NCBI GenBank assembly: GCA_035624615.1
Contig: DASPRE010000054.1
Location: forward strand, 9,584 to 73,583
From: Burkholderiales bacterium
Lineage (GTDB): Bacteria > Pseudomonadota > Gammaproteobacteria > Burkholderiales > JAHFRG01
Direction of reading: 5' to 3'
Length of the DNA: 64,000 nucleotides
The notes under the pieces are model-generated. The model ran no database searches. It saw nothing but the letters and a program-made list of their open reading frames with translations, and was not told where the DNA came from. Position 1 is the stretch's first letter. Each line of letters begins with the position of its first letter. The translations under genes were made by a program, and so were the position numbers. Shown piece after piece: positions 11,230 through 21,254 of the stretch.

Positions 11230-12951
11230 TTAACTGTTCAGGCGGGAAAGTAGTTCGCGTACTTTATCCGGTTCGTCGGCCTTGAGAATTTTTTGTGTGA
11301 GTCCGGCGATTTCGGGCAGGCTGGTTTTGAGCACCTGTTGCTTGACACTGAGTAGATTGGCCGGGTGCATGGAGAACTGGCGCAAACCAAAGCCCAGCAG
11401 CAAGCGCGTGAGCGAAACATCGCCGGCCATCTCGCCGCAAACGGCAATCGGTACTCCGGCTTTGTTTGCAGCGGTTATTGTATGGGCGATCAAATGCAGC
11501 ACCGCAGGGTGTAGCGGATCGTAAAGATGGGCGACAGCATCGTCGGCGCGGTCTATCGCCAATGTGTACTGAATAAGATCATTGGTGCCAATGGAGAGGA
11601 AGTCGAGCTTTCTAATGAATACACCGAGCGCCAAAGCCGCCGCAGGAATTTCGATCATACCGCCGATTTCAACCCGGTGGTTATATGGGATATGATCTTT
11701 GTCGAGGCTGATTTTCGCCAGCTCGATGAACTGCAACGTTTGGTTGAGCTCCGCGACATTGGAAAGCATCGGAATCAGAATGCGGATATTGCCGTAATCG
11801 GTGGCCCGGAGGATCGCGCGTAATTGTGTATGGAACATATATGGTTCGGCGAGGCAAAGCCGGATAGCGCGCAAGCCTAATGCCGGATTAGGACCGCGCT
11901 CGGCACCATTCATGCTCTTGTCGGCGCCCAAATCCAGCGTGCGAATAGTGACCGGCAGACCGCGCATTTTTTGCGCAACTTTGCGGTACGCTTCCACTTG
12001 CTCCTCTTCGCTGGGCAAATCGGCACGGTTCATGTAGAGAAATTCAGTCCGGAACAGGCCTATGCCGGTCGCGCCATTTTCCTTAACTTGGTCGATGTCC
12101 TGCGGCAACTCGATGTTGGCTTGCAGTTCAACTGCAGTGCCGTCAAGGGTCGTGGCGCGGGTAAGTTTCAGGCGTTTAAGTTTTTGCCGCTCGAGCTCTC
12201 TCTGATTCTGGCGCAGCTTGTACTCTGCGAGTATCTGATTGTCAGGATTGACGATCACCACGCCTTGGGTGCCGTCGATCACCAGCACGTCCTCTTCGTG
12301 CACCAGCTGCCGTGCCTGGTGCAGAGCTACAATCGAAGGAACATTCAGGCTGCGCGCAACAATTGCGGTGTGCGACATTGGTCCGCCAATGTCGGTAATG
12401 AAAGCGGCAAAGCGATGCTGCTTGAACAGTATGAGTTCTGCCGGACTCAGGTCATGTGCAACCAGGATATTATTCTGCTCCAGGTCGATGGGCGGCGGTA
12501 AATGTCCTGGATGGCCCATGAGCGCCTTCAGCACCCGTTCGCCGATCTGGATTACGTCGGCCTTGCGCTCGCGCAGATAACTATCCTCGATCCGGTCAAA
12601 CCGCTCAAGCAATTCGTCCATTTGCTGTTTGAGCGCCCACTCGGCGTTGCAGTGCTGTTCCTCGATGCGTTTCGGGGCGGCTTTGGAAATAATAGGGTCG
12701 GAGAGAATCATTTGGTGCAGATCGAGAAATGCGGAGAGTTCCGCAGGGGCGTCAACCGCCATATTTTCTTGCACGGCCTGCAGTTCTGTTTGTACTTCCT
12801 TTATCGCGGAAGCGAAGCGCGCGATTTCGTCCGCGACTTGCTGCTCGCGCACGGTGTAATGTGCAACTTCCAGCGTAGCGTGCGAAAGCAAATGCGCCTG
12901 CCCGATGGCAATGCCCTCGGATACGCCAATGCCGTGCATGGTGAAGCTCAT
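11230..12951 (-). CDS. ptsI: Phosphoenolpyruvate-protein phosphotransferase (PTS Enzyme I)
   Basis: 573 aa; GGPMSHTAIVARSLNVPSIV (active-site His region) and the C-terminal PEP-utilising TIM barrel motif GTNDLIQYTLAIDR. It has no GAF domain, so it is ptsI-type rather than ptsP. Confidence 0.9.
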   Translation of the reverse strand: MSFTMHGIGVSEGIAIGQAHLLSHATLEVAHYTVREQQVADEIARFASAIKEVQTELQAVQENMAVDAPAELSAFLDLHQMILSDPIISKAAPKRIEEQHCNAEWALKQQMDELLERFDRIEDSYLRERKADVIQIGERVLKALMGHPGHLPPPIDLEQNNILVAHDLSPAELILFKQHRFAAFITDIGGPMSHTAIVARSLNVPSIVALHQARQLVHEEDVLVIDGTQGVVIVNPDNQILAEYKLRQNQRELERQKLKRLKLTRATTLDGTAVELQANIELPQDIDQVKENGATGIGLFRTEFLYMNRADLPSEEEQVEAYRKVAQKMRGLPVTIRTLDLGADKSMNGAERGPNPALGLRAIRLCLAEPYMFHTQLRAILRATDYGNIRILIPMLSNVAELNQTLQFIELAKISLDKDHIPYNHRVEIGGMIEIPAAALALGVFIRKLDFLSIGTNDLIQYTLAIDRADDAVAHLYDPLHPAVLHLIAHTITAANKAGVPIAVCGEMAGDVSLTRLLLGFGLRQFSMHPANLLSVKQQVLKTSLPEIAGLTQKILKADEPDKVRELLSRLNS

Positions 12952-13220
12952 TCACCTTCCCCAAAATAATTTCTTATCAAATCTACGATAGCCTGTAGCG
13001 CTTCGCTTTCATCTTCACCGCTGGTTTCGATGTTAATCGAGCTTCCTTTGCTGGCGGCGAGCATCATCACCCCCATGATGCTTTTTGCGTTGACGCGCTG
13101 ACCATTGCGCGTTAGCCAAATATCGCTTTTGAACCGGCCGGCGAGCTGGGTGAGCTTGGCAGCGGCACGCGCGTGCAACCCGAGTTTGTTGATGATTTCA
13201 GCTTCCCGTTGCAACATCAT
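12948..13220 (-). CDS. ptsH: Phosphocarrier protein HPr
   Basis: MLQREAEIINKLGLHARAAAKLTQLA... carries the GLHARA active-site His15 motif. The start was chosen at an internal Met; alternatives lie at 13217 and 13232. Confidence 0.85.
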   Translation of the reverse strand: MMLQREAEIINKLGLHARAAAKLTQLAGRFKSDIWLTRNGQRVNAKSIMGVMMLAASKGSSINIETSGEDESEALQAIVDLIRNYFGEGE

Positions 13221-13611
13221 AGCCTTCCGCATGGATGTGCAAAACGCCTTCGCAGCCGCCAGAGAGCGCTTTGTCCACTGCCACTTTCAATGACTGGTTG
13301 CGGTAGGTGAGCGCCCGAATCAACATCGGCAGATTGACACCTGTTACACCTTCCGCTTTCCCTGGTATCAGCAGCTTGGTCGCGATGTTGCACGGCGTCG
13401 CACCGTAGATATCGCACAACACCAGCACACCTTGACCCTGGTCAAGCTGTTTCAGCAGTTTCAGCGCTTGCGGCAAGATCGCCTGCGGGTCATCGTGTAC
13501 CGTCACCCCTATTTGCATCAGTTGCGGAGGACGGCTACCCATTACATGGCTCGCACAGTGAATCAAACTTTCACCTAGGGTGCCGTGCGCCACAATCAGA
13601 ATTCCTACCAT
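13198..13611 (-). CDS. PTS EIIA component, mannose/fructose family (stand-alone)
   Basis: 137 aa; MVGILIVAHGTLGESLIH... is the EIIA-Man N-terminus with its catalytic His. A GGAGG RBS precedes the start. Confidence 0.8.
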   Translation of the reverse strand: MVGILIVAHGTLGESLIHCASHVMGSRPPQLMQIGVTVHDDPQAILPQALKLLKQLDQGQGVLVLCDIYGATPCNIATKLLIPGKAEGVTGVNLPMLIRALTYRNQSLKVAVDKALSGGCEGVLHIHAEGYDVATGS

Positions 13612-13742
13612 ATTCCCTCCTCGAATAATGAATTATCTTTAATATTAATCTTACTCCAGCACCCTCAACAAAGCAGCAGTGCAGCGCCGTTTGCTTTGCG
13701 GAGCCGCATAAATCGGGACACTTATGATGGGATTGCCCGCTG

Positions 13743-14693
13743 TTACGGGTTGTGTGCAACAATCTTTTCGAGCGCGTCTATCATCATCGCGGCAACATTA
13801 AAGCCGGTTTGCTCGGTTATCTCCCGCATGCAGGTAGGGCTGGTTACGTTGATTTCCGTGAGGTAATCGCCAATCACATCGAGCCCGACCAGAATCAAGC
13901 CTTCCTTGGCAAGTTGCGGTCCCAGTACATCGGCAATTTCCTGATCGCGTGGCGAAAGCGGCCGCGCCACCCCTGTCCCGCCGGTAGCGAGATTTGCGCG
14001 GGTTTCTCCCGGCTTGGGGATGCGCGCCAAGGCATACGGAGCCGGTCTCCCGTTAATCAGAAGAATGCGCTTGTCGCCGTTGACGACTTCCGGGATATAG
14101 CGTTGCGACATAATAGTCCGAGTTCCGTGCTGGGTGAGCGTTTCGATGGTGGCATTAATATTCACGTCCTGTTCGCGTATGCGGAACACCGATCTTCCCG
14201 CCATTCCATCGAGCGGCTTGAGAATTACGTCATGATACTGCGCGAGGAATTTCAAAATCAGTTCGGCGCGGCGGGTTACCAAGCTTGGCGCGGTGAAAGT
14301 ATTGTATTTGGCAATAGCCAGCTTTTCGTTGAAGTCGCGCAATGCCTTCGGCTTGTTGAAAACTTTTGCCCCCTGTGCTTCCGCGAGCTCCAGCAAATAC
14401 GTGCTGTAGATATACTCCATATCGTACGGCGGATCTTTGCGCATCAGCACAGCATCGAAGCGCTCAAGCGGCATCACCTCAATTTCGCCAGCCCGATACC
14501 AGTCGTCCTCATCGCCGGTCAGCGTAAGCTTACGCGCGTGACCCAGCACTCTGCCCAGTTGCAGCACTACGTCCTGCTGTTCCATGACGTACAGCTCATG
14601 ACCGCGGACCGCGGCCTCGCGCATCATCGCAAAACTGGAGTCTTTGTACGTCTGGATTGAATCGAGCGGGTCGAGGATAAAGGCAAATTTCAT
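13743..14693 (-). CDS. gshB: Glutathione synthetase
   Basis: 316 aa; MKFAFILDPLDSIQTYKDSSFAMM... and the ATP-grasp C-terminus (LVGLDVIGDYLTEINVTSPT) are typical GshB. Confidence 0.9.
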   Translation of the reverse strand: MKFAFILDPLDSIQTYKDSSFAMMREAAVRGHELYVMEQQDVVLQLGRVLGHARKLTLTGDEDDWYRAGEIEVMPLERFDAVLMRKDPPYDMEYIYSTYLLELAEAQGAKVFNKPKALRDFNEKLAIAKYNTFTAPSLVTRRAELILKFLAQYHDVILKPLDGMAGRSVFRIREQDVNINATIETLTQHGTRTIMSQRYIPEVVNGDKRILLINGRPAPYALARIPKPGETRANLATGGTGVARPLSPRDQEIADVLGPQLAKEGLILVGLDVIGDYLTEINVTSPTCMREITEQTGFNVAAMMIDALEKIVAHNP

Positions 14694-14702
14694 GTTACGG
14701 AA

Positions 14703-15995
14703 TCAAGCAGTCGCATTCTCGAAAGCTTTTTCGGTTTGCTCCAGCTCAATAGCTGCGGCGAGCAACGCGAGCCGCGCAATTACTCCATAAACATAGAATC
14801 GATTGGGCACGCAGCCGGGCTGTGTCGGATCAGGAAGCGAGCAGGGGCTCTCGAAAGCTAATGGCACAAAATGCATTCCGGGCGCGTTAAGGTTTTCATC
14901 CGTGCCGCGGCTGGTGTGAACACGGTAAAAGCCGCCAACCACAAAATGATCGATCATGTACACAACCGGTTCGGCCACTGCATCATCGATGCTTTCGAAA
15001 GTGTACACGCCTTCCTGCACCATTACCTCGGTAACCACCAAGCCTTCCTTGACCACCGCCATTTTCTGGCGCTGTTTGCGATTGAGGTCCCGCACGTCCG
15101 ATGCGCTCTTGACAGTCATGATGCCCATGCCGTAAGTGCCGGCATCCGCCTTAACGATGACAAACGGCTGTTCCTTGATGCCGTATTCCTGGTATTTGTC
15201 GCGGACATCGCTTAGGATCTGCTCCACCCAAGTAGCCAGACATTCTTCTCCGCGGCGTTCTTGAAAATTGATTTCCCCGCAGGTCGCAAAATAGGGATTG
15301 ATAAGCCAAGGGTCAATGCCGACGAGTTTGCCGAATTCTTCGGCTACCCGGTTATAAGCGCTAAAGTGGTTTGATTTGCGCCTCGTGGGCCAGCCGGCAT
15401 GCAAAGGCGGTAGCACCGATTGTTCCAGGTTTTTTAGTATTTCGGGAATGCCCGCCGACAAGTCGTTATTTATGATCACTACGCAAGGGTCGAAATCGGC
15501 AAGGCCCAGGCGGTTGCCTTTGCGCACCAACGGCTCAAGCAAAAGGCTGCCGCTGTCCGGCAGCTTTATCTCCGTGGGCGAGGTAATTTCGGGCAGCAAG
15601 CTCCCGATGCGTACATTCATTCCCGCTTGGCGCAGAATGGATTGCAGGGTCACGACGTTCTGCAAGTAATAAACATTGCGTGTGTGACTTTCCGGAATCA
15701 ACAATGCGCCTTTTGCGTCGGGGCAGACTTTTTCCACGGCCACCATCGCCGCCTGCACGCACAACGGCAGGAAATCCGGTTTGACGTTGTTGAAACCGCC
15801 CGGAAATAAATTCGTGTCGACCGGCGCGAGCTTGAAACCGCTGTTGCGCAAGTCCACTGAAGCGTAGAACGGTACCCTGTGCTCCTGCCATTTGCCGCGC
15901 AGCCAGTGTTCGATGGAGGAAACCCTCTGCACCAGTTTAATTTCGATTTCCGGCACACGCCCGGGAAGCGCAGCGGTCAAATGGGGAACGGCCAT
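14703..15995 (-). CDS. gshA: Glutamate-cysteine ligase (proteobacterial ~430-aa type)
   Basis: 430-aa ORF directly upstream of gshB. The family call rests on length, synteny and overall resemblance. Confidence 0.8.
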   Translation of the reverse strand: MAVPHLTAALPGRVPEIEIKLVQRVSSIEHWLRGKWQEHRVPFYASVDLRNSGFKLAPVDTNLFPGGFNNVKPDFLPLCVQAAMVAVEKVCPDAKGALLIPESHTRNVYYLQNVVTLQSILRQAGMNVRIGSLLPEITSPTEIKLPDSGSLLLEPLVRKGNRLGLADFDPCVVIINNDLSAGIPEILKNLEQSVLPPLHAGWPTRRKSNHFSAYNRVAEEFGKLVGIDPWLINPYFATCGEINFQERRGEECLATWVEQILSDVRDKYQEYGIKEQPFVIVKADAGTYGMGIMTVKSASDVRDLNRKQRQKMAVVKEGLVVTEVMVQEGVYTFESIDDAVAEPVVYMIDHFVVGGFYRVHTSRGTDENLNAPGMHFVPLAFESPCSLPDPTQPGCVPNRFYVYGVIARLALLAAAIELEQTEKAFENATA

Positions 15996-16056
15996 GGGGG
16001 AAGCGGAATGGAAAAAGTAAGGACTATTGTAACGGAATGCGCATAGTCTTGCCGAC

Positions 16057-16085
16057 GAAAAAAAGGGGCGCTTGCGCGCCCCTCA
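16057..16085 (-). terminator. Rho-independent terminator downstream of amtB
   Basis: Minus strand reads GAGGGGCGCGCAAGCGCCCCT followed by TTTTTTTCG. Confidence 0.75.
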
Positions 16086-16110
16086 GGAGAAGAACCCTCT
16101 GTTATGACGA

Positions 16111-17511
16111 TTACAACACTTGCTCGCCGTGCAGCGCGATATCCAGCCCTTCGCGCTCCTGCTCTTCGGTGACTCGTATACCTATCACCATATCCAGCAC
16201 CTTGAAGATAATGAAACTCATGACGAAGCTGAAAATCAGAGTCGAGGAAGCGCCAATGAACTGCGTTAATAACTGCCCGGGATTTCCTTCCAGCACGCCG
16301 GCAGTGCCGCCGATGTCCTTCACCGCAAACACGCCTGTGAGGAGTGCCCCGGTAAAGCCGCCGATGCAGTGCACTCCGAAAGCATCCAGCGAGTCATCAT
16401 AACCGAGCATATTTTTCAGCCAGGTTGTGGCCCAGAAGCAGATGACGCCGGCGGCGGCACCGATCCACAGCGAACCGATTGGAGCGACGAAGCCCGAAGC
16501 AGGAGTAATTGCTACCAGCCCTGCTACCGCTCCTGAGCAGATGCCGAGTACTGAAGGTTTGCCTTTGACAATCCACTCTGCAAACATCCAGGCGAGCGCC
16601 GCCGTTGCGGTGGCGATTTGGGTGACCGCCATAGCCATTCCGGCGCGGCCGTCGGCCGCCACAGCGGAACCGGCGTTGAATCCGAACCAACCCACCCACA
16701 GCAACGATGCGCCGATGACCGTGAGCACTAGGTTATGCGGCGGCATGGCTTCCTTGCCATAGCCTATGCGCTTGCCCAGCACCAGCGCCGCAGCAAGACC
16801 CGCAATGCCGGAATTGATGTGCACCACCGTGCCGCCCGCGAAGTCGAGCACGCCCAGGGCAGCCAGCCAGCCCGAAGGTTCCCAGACCCAGTGGGCAACG
16901 GTCGCATACACCACCACTTGCCAAATGGCCATGAACCACAGCATGGCCGAAAATTTCATGCGGTCGGCAAACGAACCGCAGATAAGGGCCGGGGTGATAA
17001 TCGCGAAGGTCATCTGGAAGCACATATACACCGTTTCAGGCACGGTGAGTCCCAGGTGCGAGACTGCGATCTTGGAACCGTTTTGGAAGATCATGCCGTG
17101 CAGGAACAGGCGGCTAAAGCCTCCAAAATAAGGCGTGCTGCCGGGAGTAAAGGCAAGACTGTAAGCTACCACCATCCACAGCACCGTCACCAGGCAGGTG
17201 ACTGCAAAGCTTTGCATTACCGTCGCCAGCACGTTCTTTTTTCGCACCATGCCGCCATAGAAAAGAGCCAGCCCGGGAATGGTCATCATCAGCACCAGCG
17301 CGGTTGATGCAAGCATCCACGCCGTGTCACCGGAATTGATCTTGGCGACGTCAATGACGACCGGCGCAGTGGGTGCCGCAGGTGCGGCAGCCGCCGCCGC
17401 CGCGGGAGCAGCAGCCGGCGCGGCCTCGGGAGCCTTTTGTTCATCCGCCAGCGACAGACTACTGAAGTTAAGCGCTGCAAATAAAAGCAGAAAAGAAAAA
17501 ATGCGTTTCAT
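16111..17511 (-). CDS. amtB: Ammonium transporter AmtB
   Basis: Polytopic protein with Amt signatures (DFAGGTVVHINSGIAGL, GVHCIGGFTGALLTG). The start was set at MKRIFSFLLLFAALNFSSLSLA (signal peptide) at 17511 rather than the upstream ORF start. Confidence 0.9.
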   Translation of the reverse strand: MKRIFSFLLLFAALNFSSLSLADEQKAPEAAPAAAPAAAAAAAPAAPTAPVVIDVAKINSGDTAWMLASTALVLMMTIPGLALFYGGMVRKKNVLATVMQSFAVTCLVTVLWMVVAYSLAFTPGSTPYFGGFSRLFLHGMIFQNGSKIAVSHLGLTVPETVYMCFQMTFAIITPALICGSFADRMKFSAMLWFMAIWQVVVYATVAHWVWEPSGWLAALGVLDFAGGTVVHINSGIAGLAAALVLGKRIGYGKEAMPPHNLVLTVIGASLLWVGWFGFNAGSAVAADGRAGMAMAVTQIATATAALAWMFAEWIVKGKPSVLGICSGAVAGLVAITPASGFVAPIGSLWIGAAAGVICFWATTWLKNMLGYDDSLDAFGVHCIGGFTGALLTGVFAVKDIGGTAGVLEGNPGQLLTQFIGASSTLIFSFVMSFIIFKVLDMVIGIRVTEEQEREGLDIALHGEQVL

Positions 17512-17521
17512 GCTGTTCTCC

Positions 17522-17869
<348 letters not shown>

Positions 17870-17896
17870 TTAGAAGTAAGTAAGAATCGGTGCTGA

Positions 17897-19150
17897 TTAA
17901 AACTTGAGCAGCGCTTCGAGACCGAACGAGTACTGCTGCTTGCTGGTACCGCCGTTGGTTTTCATGAACGCGTCGAGCGGGCCGTTCGGGAAAGGCGCAT
18001 GCCCGTTCGACCAATCGTAACGGTATTCACCGCGCAGCTCGATGTTGGTATATGGCATATACGCCAACGTGTAGGTCATTTCCTTCCATTGCTGCTTCAC
18101 GCCGGTCCGGTAACCATCTTTGTCGTCGAAATACTCAAGCCGTACCGAGCCGCGCCATTGGTCGGTGAACTGATAATTGCCGTAACCCGCGATGCCATTC
18201 CACGTGGCAGTACCATTGCCATCCGCGTCGAATGAGGCGCCGCCATTGGCGAGGTTTGGAGCCCCGGCGTTGCCTTGCCAGCCGTAATCGTAGTTGAGTA
18301 TGAAAGTCAGCTTGTCGGTGGCGTTATAGGTTCCAATCAAATCGACCAGACCACGGTAGCCACCGGGGGAATTAGCGGCAGAAGGCTGGCCAGTGCCGCC
18401 ACAGGAGCTGCCGCACAGTTTCTCGTTACCGAAATAGCCGGCAGCGGCGAAACTGAGATTTTTGAGCGGCGCATATGAGGCGCCTGCTTCAATGGTCTTG
18501 TTTCCGTTGGTATCCTGCAAATCATCCCAGCCGTTGTTGAGGCCCAGTATCAGGCTCAGCTGATCGTTGACCGCGTAGGTTCCGCGCACCCCGGTATGGG
18601 TAAACGGAATGGCGTAGCCAAACAGAATTGACCGAGAAAAGTTGGTATCCTGCGTAGGGTTAATCACTTCCGAGCCCGCGAGCGTTACGAACTTGCCACC
18701 GATACCGGTAAAAGGTCCTCTGGCGTATTGCACGAATGCTTGGGTCAGATCGAATTTGCTGGTGCTGCCCGGATTCTGGTTGTACGGCGCAATCACGTCG
18801 GCATCCTCGCCTACGGTAATATTGACCAGCCCGCCAAAACCTTCCTTCGGCTGCTTGGCGAGAGTGAAGGCCGCTTGATGCACGGTGAATGCATCATGCT
18901 GATTGTCGAACACCCGATCCGCCGACCCGTTCACACCCGGCGTGCCACTCGTAAAGAAGCCGTTGCCGCTGAGATGCGAATAAGAAACATCGATGTAACC
19001 GTTGAGCGTAAGCCCCCATGCGTCCAAAACGTCCTGCAGCGCCGGAACCGGAATTTTCGGTTTGGCGGGAGCAGCAGGTTCATCCGCAAAAACTAAAGCG
19101 GCCGTGCTCAACAAACTCGCCGTGATTAGAACCTGAATGAGTTTTCTCAT
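17897..19150 (-). CDS. Outer-membrane beta-barrel porin (possibly DUF1597-like)
   Basis: Signal peptide MRKLIQVLITASLLSTAALVFA, alternating beta-strand pattern, aromatic-rich sequence and C-terminal ...GLEALLKF (terminal Phe). The sub-family assignment is tentative. Confidence 0.7.
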   Translation of the reverse strand: MRKLIQVLITASLLSTAALVFADEPAAPAKPKIPVPALQDVLDAWGLTLNGYIDVSYSHLSGNGFFTSGTPGVNGSADRVFDNQHDAFTVHQAAFTLAKQPKEGFGGLVNITVGEDADVIAPYNQNPGSTSKFDLTQAFVQYARGPFTGIGGKFVTLAGSEVINPTQDTNFSRSILFGYAIPFTHTGVRGTYAVNDQLSLILGLNNGWDDLQDTNGNKTIEAGASYAPLKNLSFAAAGYFGNEKLCGSSCGGTGQPSAANSPGGYRGLVDLIGTYNATDKLTFILNYDYGWQGNAGAPNLANGGASFDADGNGTATWNGIAGYGNYQFTDQWRGSVRLEYFDDKDGYRTGVKQQWKEMTYTLAYMPYTNIELRGEYRYDWSNGHAPFPNGPLDAFMKTNGGTSKQQYSFGLEALLKF

Positions 19151-19195
19151 TTTGTTTCCTTTCTAAATAAGAATTAAAAAATGCAGCCTGCTCAT

Positions 19196-19212
19196 TAGCA
19201 CAGCGTGTGCCA
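19196..19212 (-). promoter_or_regulatory. Candidate sigma54 (-24/-12) promoter for porin-glnK-amtB
   Basis: Minus strand reads TGGCACACGCTGTGCTA, which fits GG-N10-GC and is close to TGGCAC-N5-TTGCW. It lies about 46 nt upstream of the porin ATG. Confidence 0.6.
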
Positions 19213-19303
19213 GATTGGAATGTGCTGCGAATCAGATGCTTAGATGCTCCTCGAAAATCGCGTGCTAAATGCGATGCACCACTTTAAAGCCGACTAACGA
19301 AGT

Positions 19304-19324
19304 TGCGCACAGATACGGTGCGCA
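19304..19324. promoter_or_regulatory. Candidate NtrC-type enhancer site (perfect inverted repeat)
   Basis: TGCGCAC-AGATACG-GTGCGCA has a GCAC-N7-GTGC core with the same spacing as the NtrC consensus TGCACY-N5-RGTGCA. It sits about 115-135 nt upstream of the putative sigma54 start site. Confidence 0.4.
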
Positions 19325-19371
19325 TGACGCGGCAAATTTGTTACACTCTTGTGGAAAGGCAATGGCGAAAA

Positions 19372-19629
19372 ATGCTGAATCCGAAAATGCTGGACGAAAT
19401 GAGTAAAAAATTGAGCGAAGTCCTGGCGCAGAGCCCGGTTAAGGACATCGAGAAAAATGCACGCGCTCTGCTCGCTTCCCTTTTTGCCCGCGTGGACCTA
19501 ATCACTCGCGAAGAGTTTGACGTGCAACAGGAAGTATTGAAGCGCACCCGCGAGAAACTTGCCGAAATGGAAAGGCGCGTGGGCGAGCTCGAAGCGGCCC
19601 TGTTGCATAAAAATAATAGAAAGGATTAA
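19372..19629 (+). CDS. ubiK: Ubiquinone biosynthesis accessory factor UbiK (YqiC/BMFP family)
   Basis: MLNPKMLDEMSKKLSEVLAQSPVKDIEKNARALLASLFARVDLITREEFDVQQEVLKRTREKL... is typical of UbiK. The internal ATG at 19372 was chosen as the start. Confidence 0.8.
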   Translation: MLNPKMLDEMSKKLSEVLAQSPVKDIEKNARALLASLFARVDLITREEFDVQQEVLKRTREKLAEMERRVGELEAALLHKNNRKD

Positions 19630-19711
19630 TAGGATTTTTCAAGATTCACTGGATCACTGAATTTTTTTGTCTGGTGAAATCTTGCAAATTCTGTCTAATG
19701 GTCTCTAATTC

Positions 19712-21217
19712 ATGTCCCTTGCCGTTCTTTACAGCCGCGCACTTGCCGGCATGGAAGCGCCGCTGGTTACCGTGGAAGTGCATCTTGGCGCAGGTCTCCC
19801 AAGCTTTACTATCGTGGGTCTCCCCGAAGCCGAAGTGAAGGAAAGCAAGGACCGTGTGCGGGCGGCACTGTTGAATTGCCGTTTTGAATTTCCGGCCAGG
19901 CGTATTACGGTAAACCTTGCACCGGCTGATCTTCCAAAGGAGAGCGGGCGATTTGATCTGCCGATTGCCTTGGGCATACTTGCGGCATCCAAACAAATTC
20001 CGTCTGGCAAGCTCGGAGATTATGAACTCGCCGGTGAACTCGCATTGACCGGCGAACTTCGCCCGATACGCGGCGCATTAGCGATGATTTATTCAGCTTC
20101 GCGCTCGGGGCGGGCATTTATTCTGCCGCTGGAAAATGCAGCCGAGGCTGCGCTGGTTGAAGAAGCAGAAGTATATCCGGCCACTTCCCTGCTGCAGGTA
20201 TGCTCGCATTTCAATGGGCATGAGCCGCTCATCCGACATCTGGAAAAGCCTCGCACTGTCCCGCCGTACTATGATGACATGCAGGAGGTTAAGGGCCAGG
20301 CGCACGCTAAACGCGCGCTGGAAATCGCTGCAGCGGGAAGCCACAGCGTATTGATGGTGGGGCCGCCCGGCACCGGAAAGAGCATGCTGGCCGCTCGATT
20401 TCCGGGCATTCTCCCTGAGATGACCGAAGACCAGGCGCTTGAATCGGCGACCATCCAGTCGCTGGCGAGCGGCGGATTTAAAATCGAGCATTGGAAAAAA
20501 CGGCCTTACCGTGCTCCACACCACACCGCTTCCGCGGTTGCGTTGGTGGGCGGAGGAGGAAATCCGCGTCCCGGCGAGATTTCGCTGGCGCTGCATGGTG
20601 TGCTGTTCCTCGATGAGCTACCCGAATTCGACAGAAAAGTCTTGGAAGTGCTGCGCGAGCCGCTGGAGTCCGGGCACATCACAGTGTCGCGAGCCGCGCG
20701 TCAAGCGGATTTTCCCGCACAGTTCCAGTTGATTGCGGCGATGAATCCATGTCCGTGCGGCTATCTCGGGCACTTTAGCGGCAAGTGCAAATGCACACCG
20801 GATCAAGTAGCGCGTTACCGCAGCAAGATTTCCGGTCCGTTGCTCGATCGCATAGACATCCAGATCGAAGTCCCGGCAGTGCCTGAAGATGAACTGACCC
20901 GTCACGCGAGCGGAGAGACTTCCGGTGCAATCAGGTCGCGAGTCGAATTTGCGTATCGGCAACAGCTGGCACGGCAGGGAAAACCCAATGCGCAGCTTGC
21001 TACCCAAGAGATCGACCGCATTTGCATACCGCATGCCGAGGGCATGGAACTGCTCAGGCAAGCAATCAGCCGCTTGAGTCTCTCGGCGCGCGCATATCAC
21101 CGGATATTAAAAGTCGCGCGCAGCATCGCCGATTTGGCTGAGGCTCCGCAGATTTCGGCCGCACACGTAGCAGAAGCCGTGCAATACCGGCGTTTCTTTG
21201 ACCGCAGCAGCTATTGA
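19712..21217 (+). CDS. comM: YifB/ComM family Mg-chelatase-like AAA+ ATPase
   Basis: 501 aa; MSLAVLYSRALAGMEAPLVTVEVHL..., Walker A GPPGTGKSM, and LFLDELPEF. Confidence 0.9.
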   Translation: MSLAVLYSRALAGMEAPLVTVEVHLGAGLPSFTIVGLPEAEVKESKDRVRAALLNCRFEFPARRITVNLAPADLPKESGRFDLPIALGILAASKQIPSGKLGDYELAGELALTGELRPIRGALAMIYSASRSGRAFILPLENAAEAALVEEAEVYPATSLLQVCSHFNGHEPLIRHLEKPRTVPPYYDDMQEVKGQAHAKRALEIAAAGSHSVLMVGPPGTGKSMLAARFPGILPEMTEDQALESATIQSLASGGFKIEHWKKRPYRAPHHTASAVALVGGGGNPRPGEISLALHGVLFLDELPEFDRKVLEVLREPLESGHITVSRAARQADFPAQFQLIAAMNPCPCGYLGHFSGKCKCTPDQVARYRSKISGPLLDRIDIQIEVPAVPEDELTRHASGETSGAIRSRVEFAYRQQLARQGKPNAQLATQEIDRICIPHAEGMELLRQAISRLSLSARAYHRILKVARSIADLAEAPQISAAHVAEAVQYRRFFDRSSY

Positions 21218-21254
21218 TTTGACGTTGAACCGGGTACACACCTAAAGTGGTTTT

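Noticed and set aside
13752-14660. A 302-aa ORF on the plus strand, plus similar long antisense ORFs at 10264-10968 (+), 16735-17307 (+), 21066-22079 (-), 24864-25478 (-), 20093-20596 (-), 32275-32841 (+), 55654-56193 (+) and 56848-57378 (+).
   Set aside because: Each lies entirely opposite a confidently identified conserved gene (gshB, metX, amtB, comM/lipoprotein/VIT, metH, potA, leuS). Each has an Arg/His/Gly-rich shadow-frame composition and no RBS or recognisable motif. These are typical GC-rich antisense open frames.
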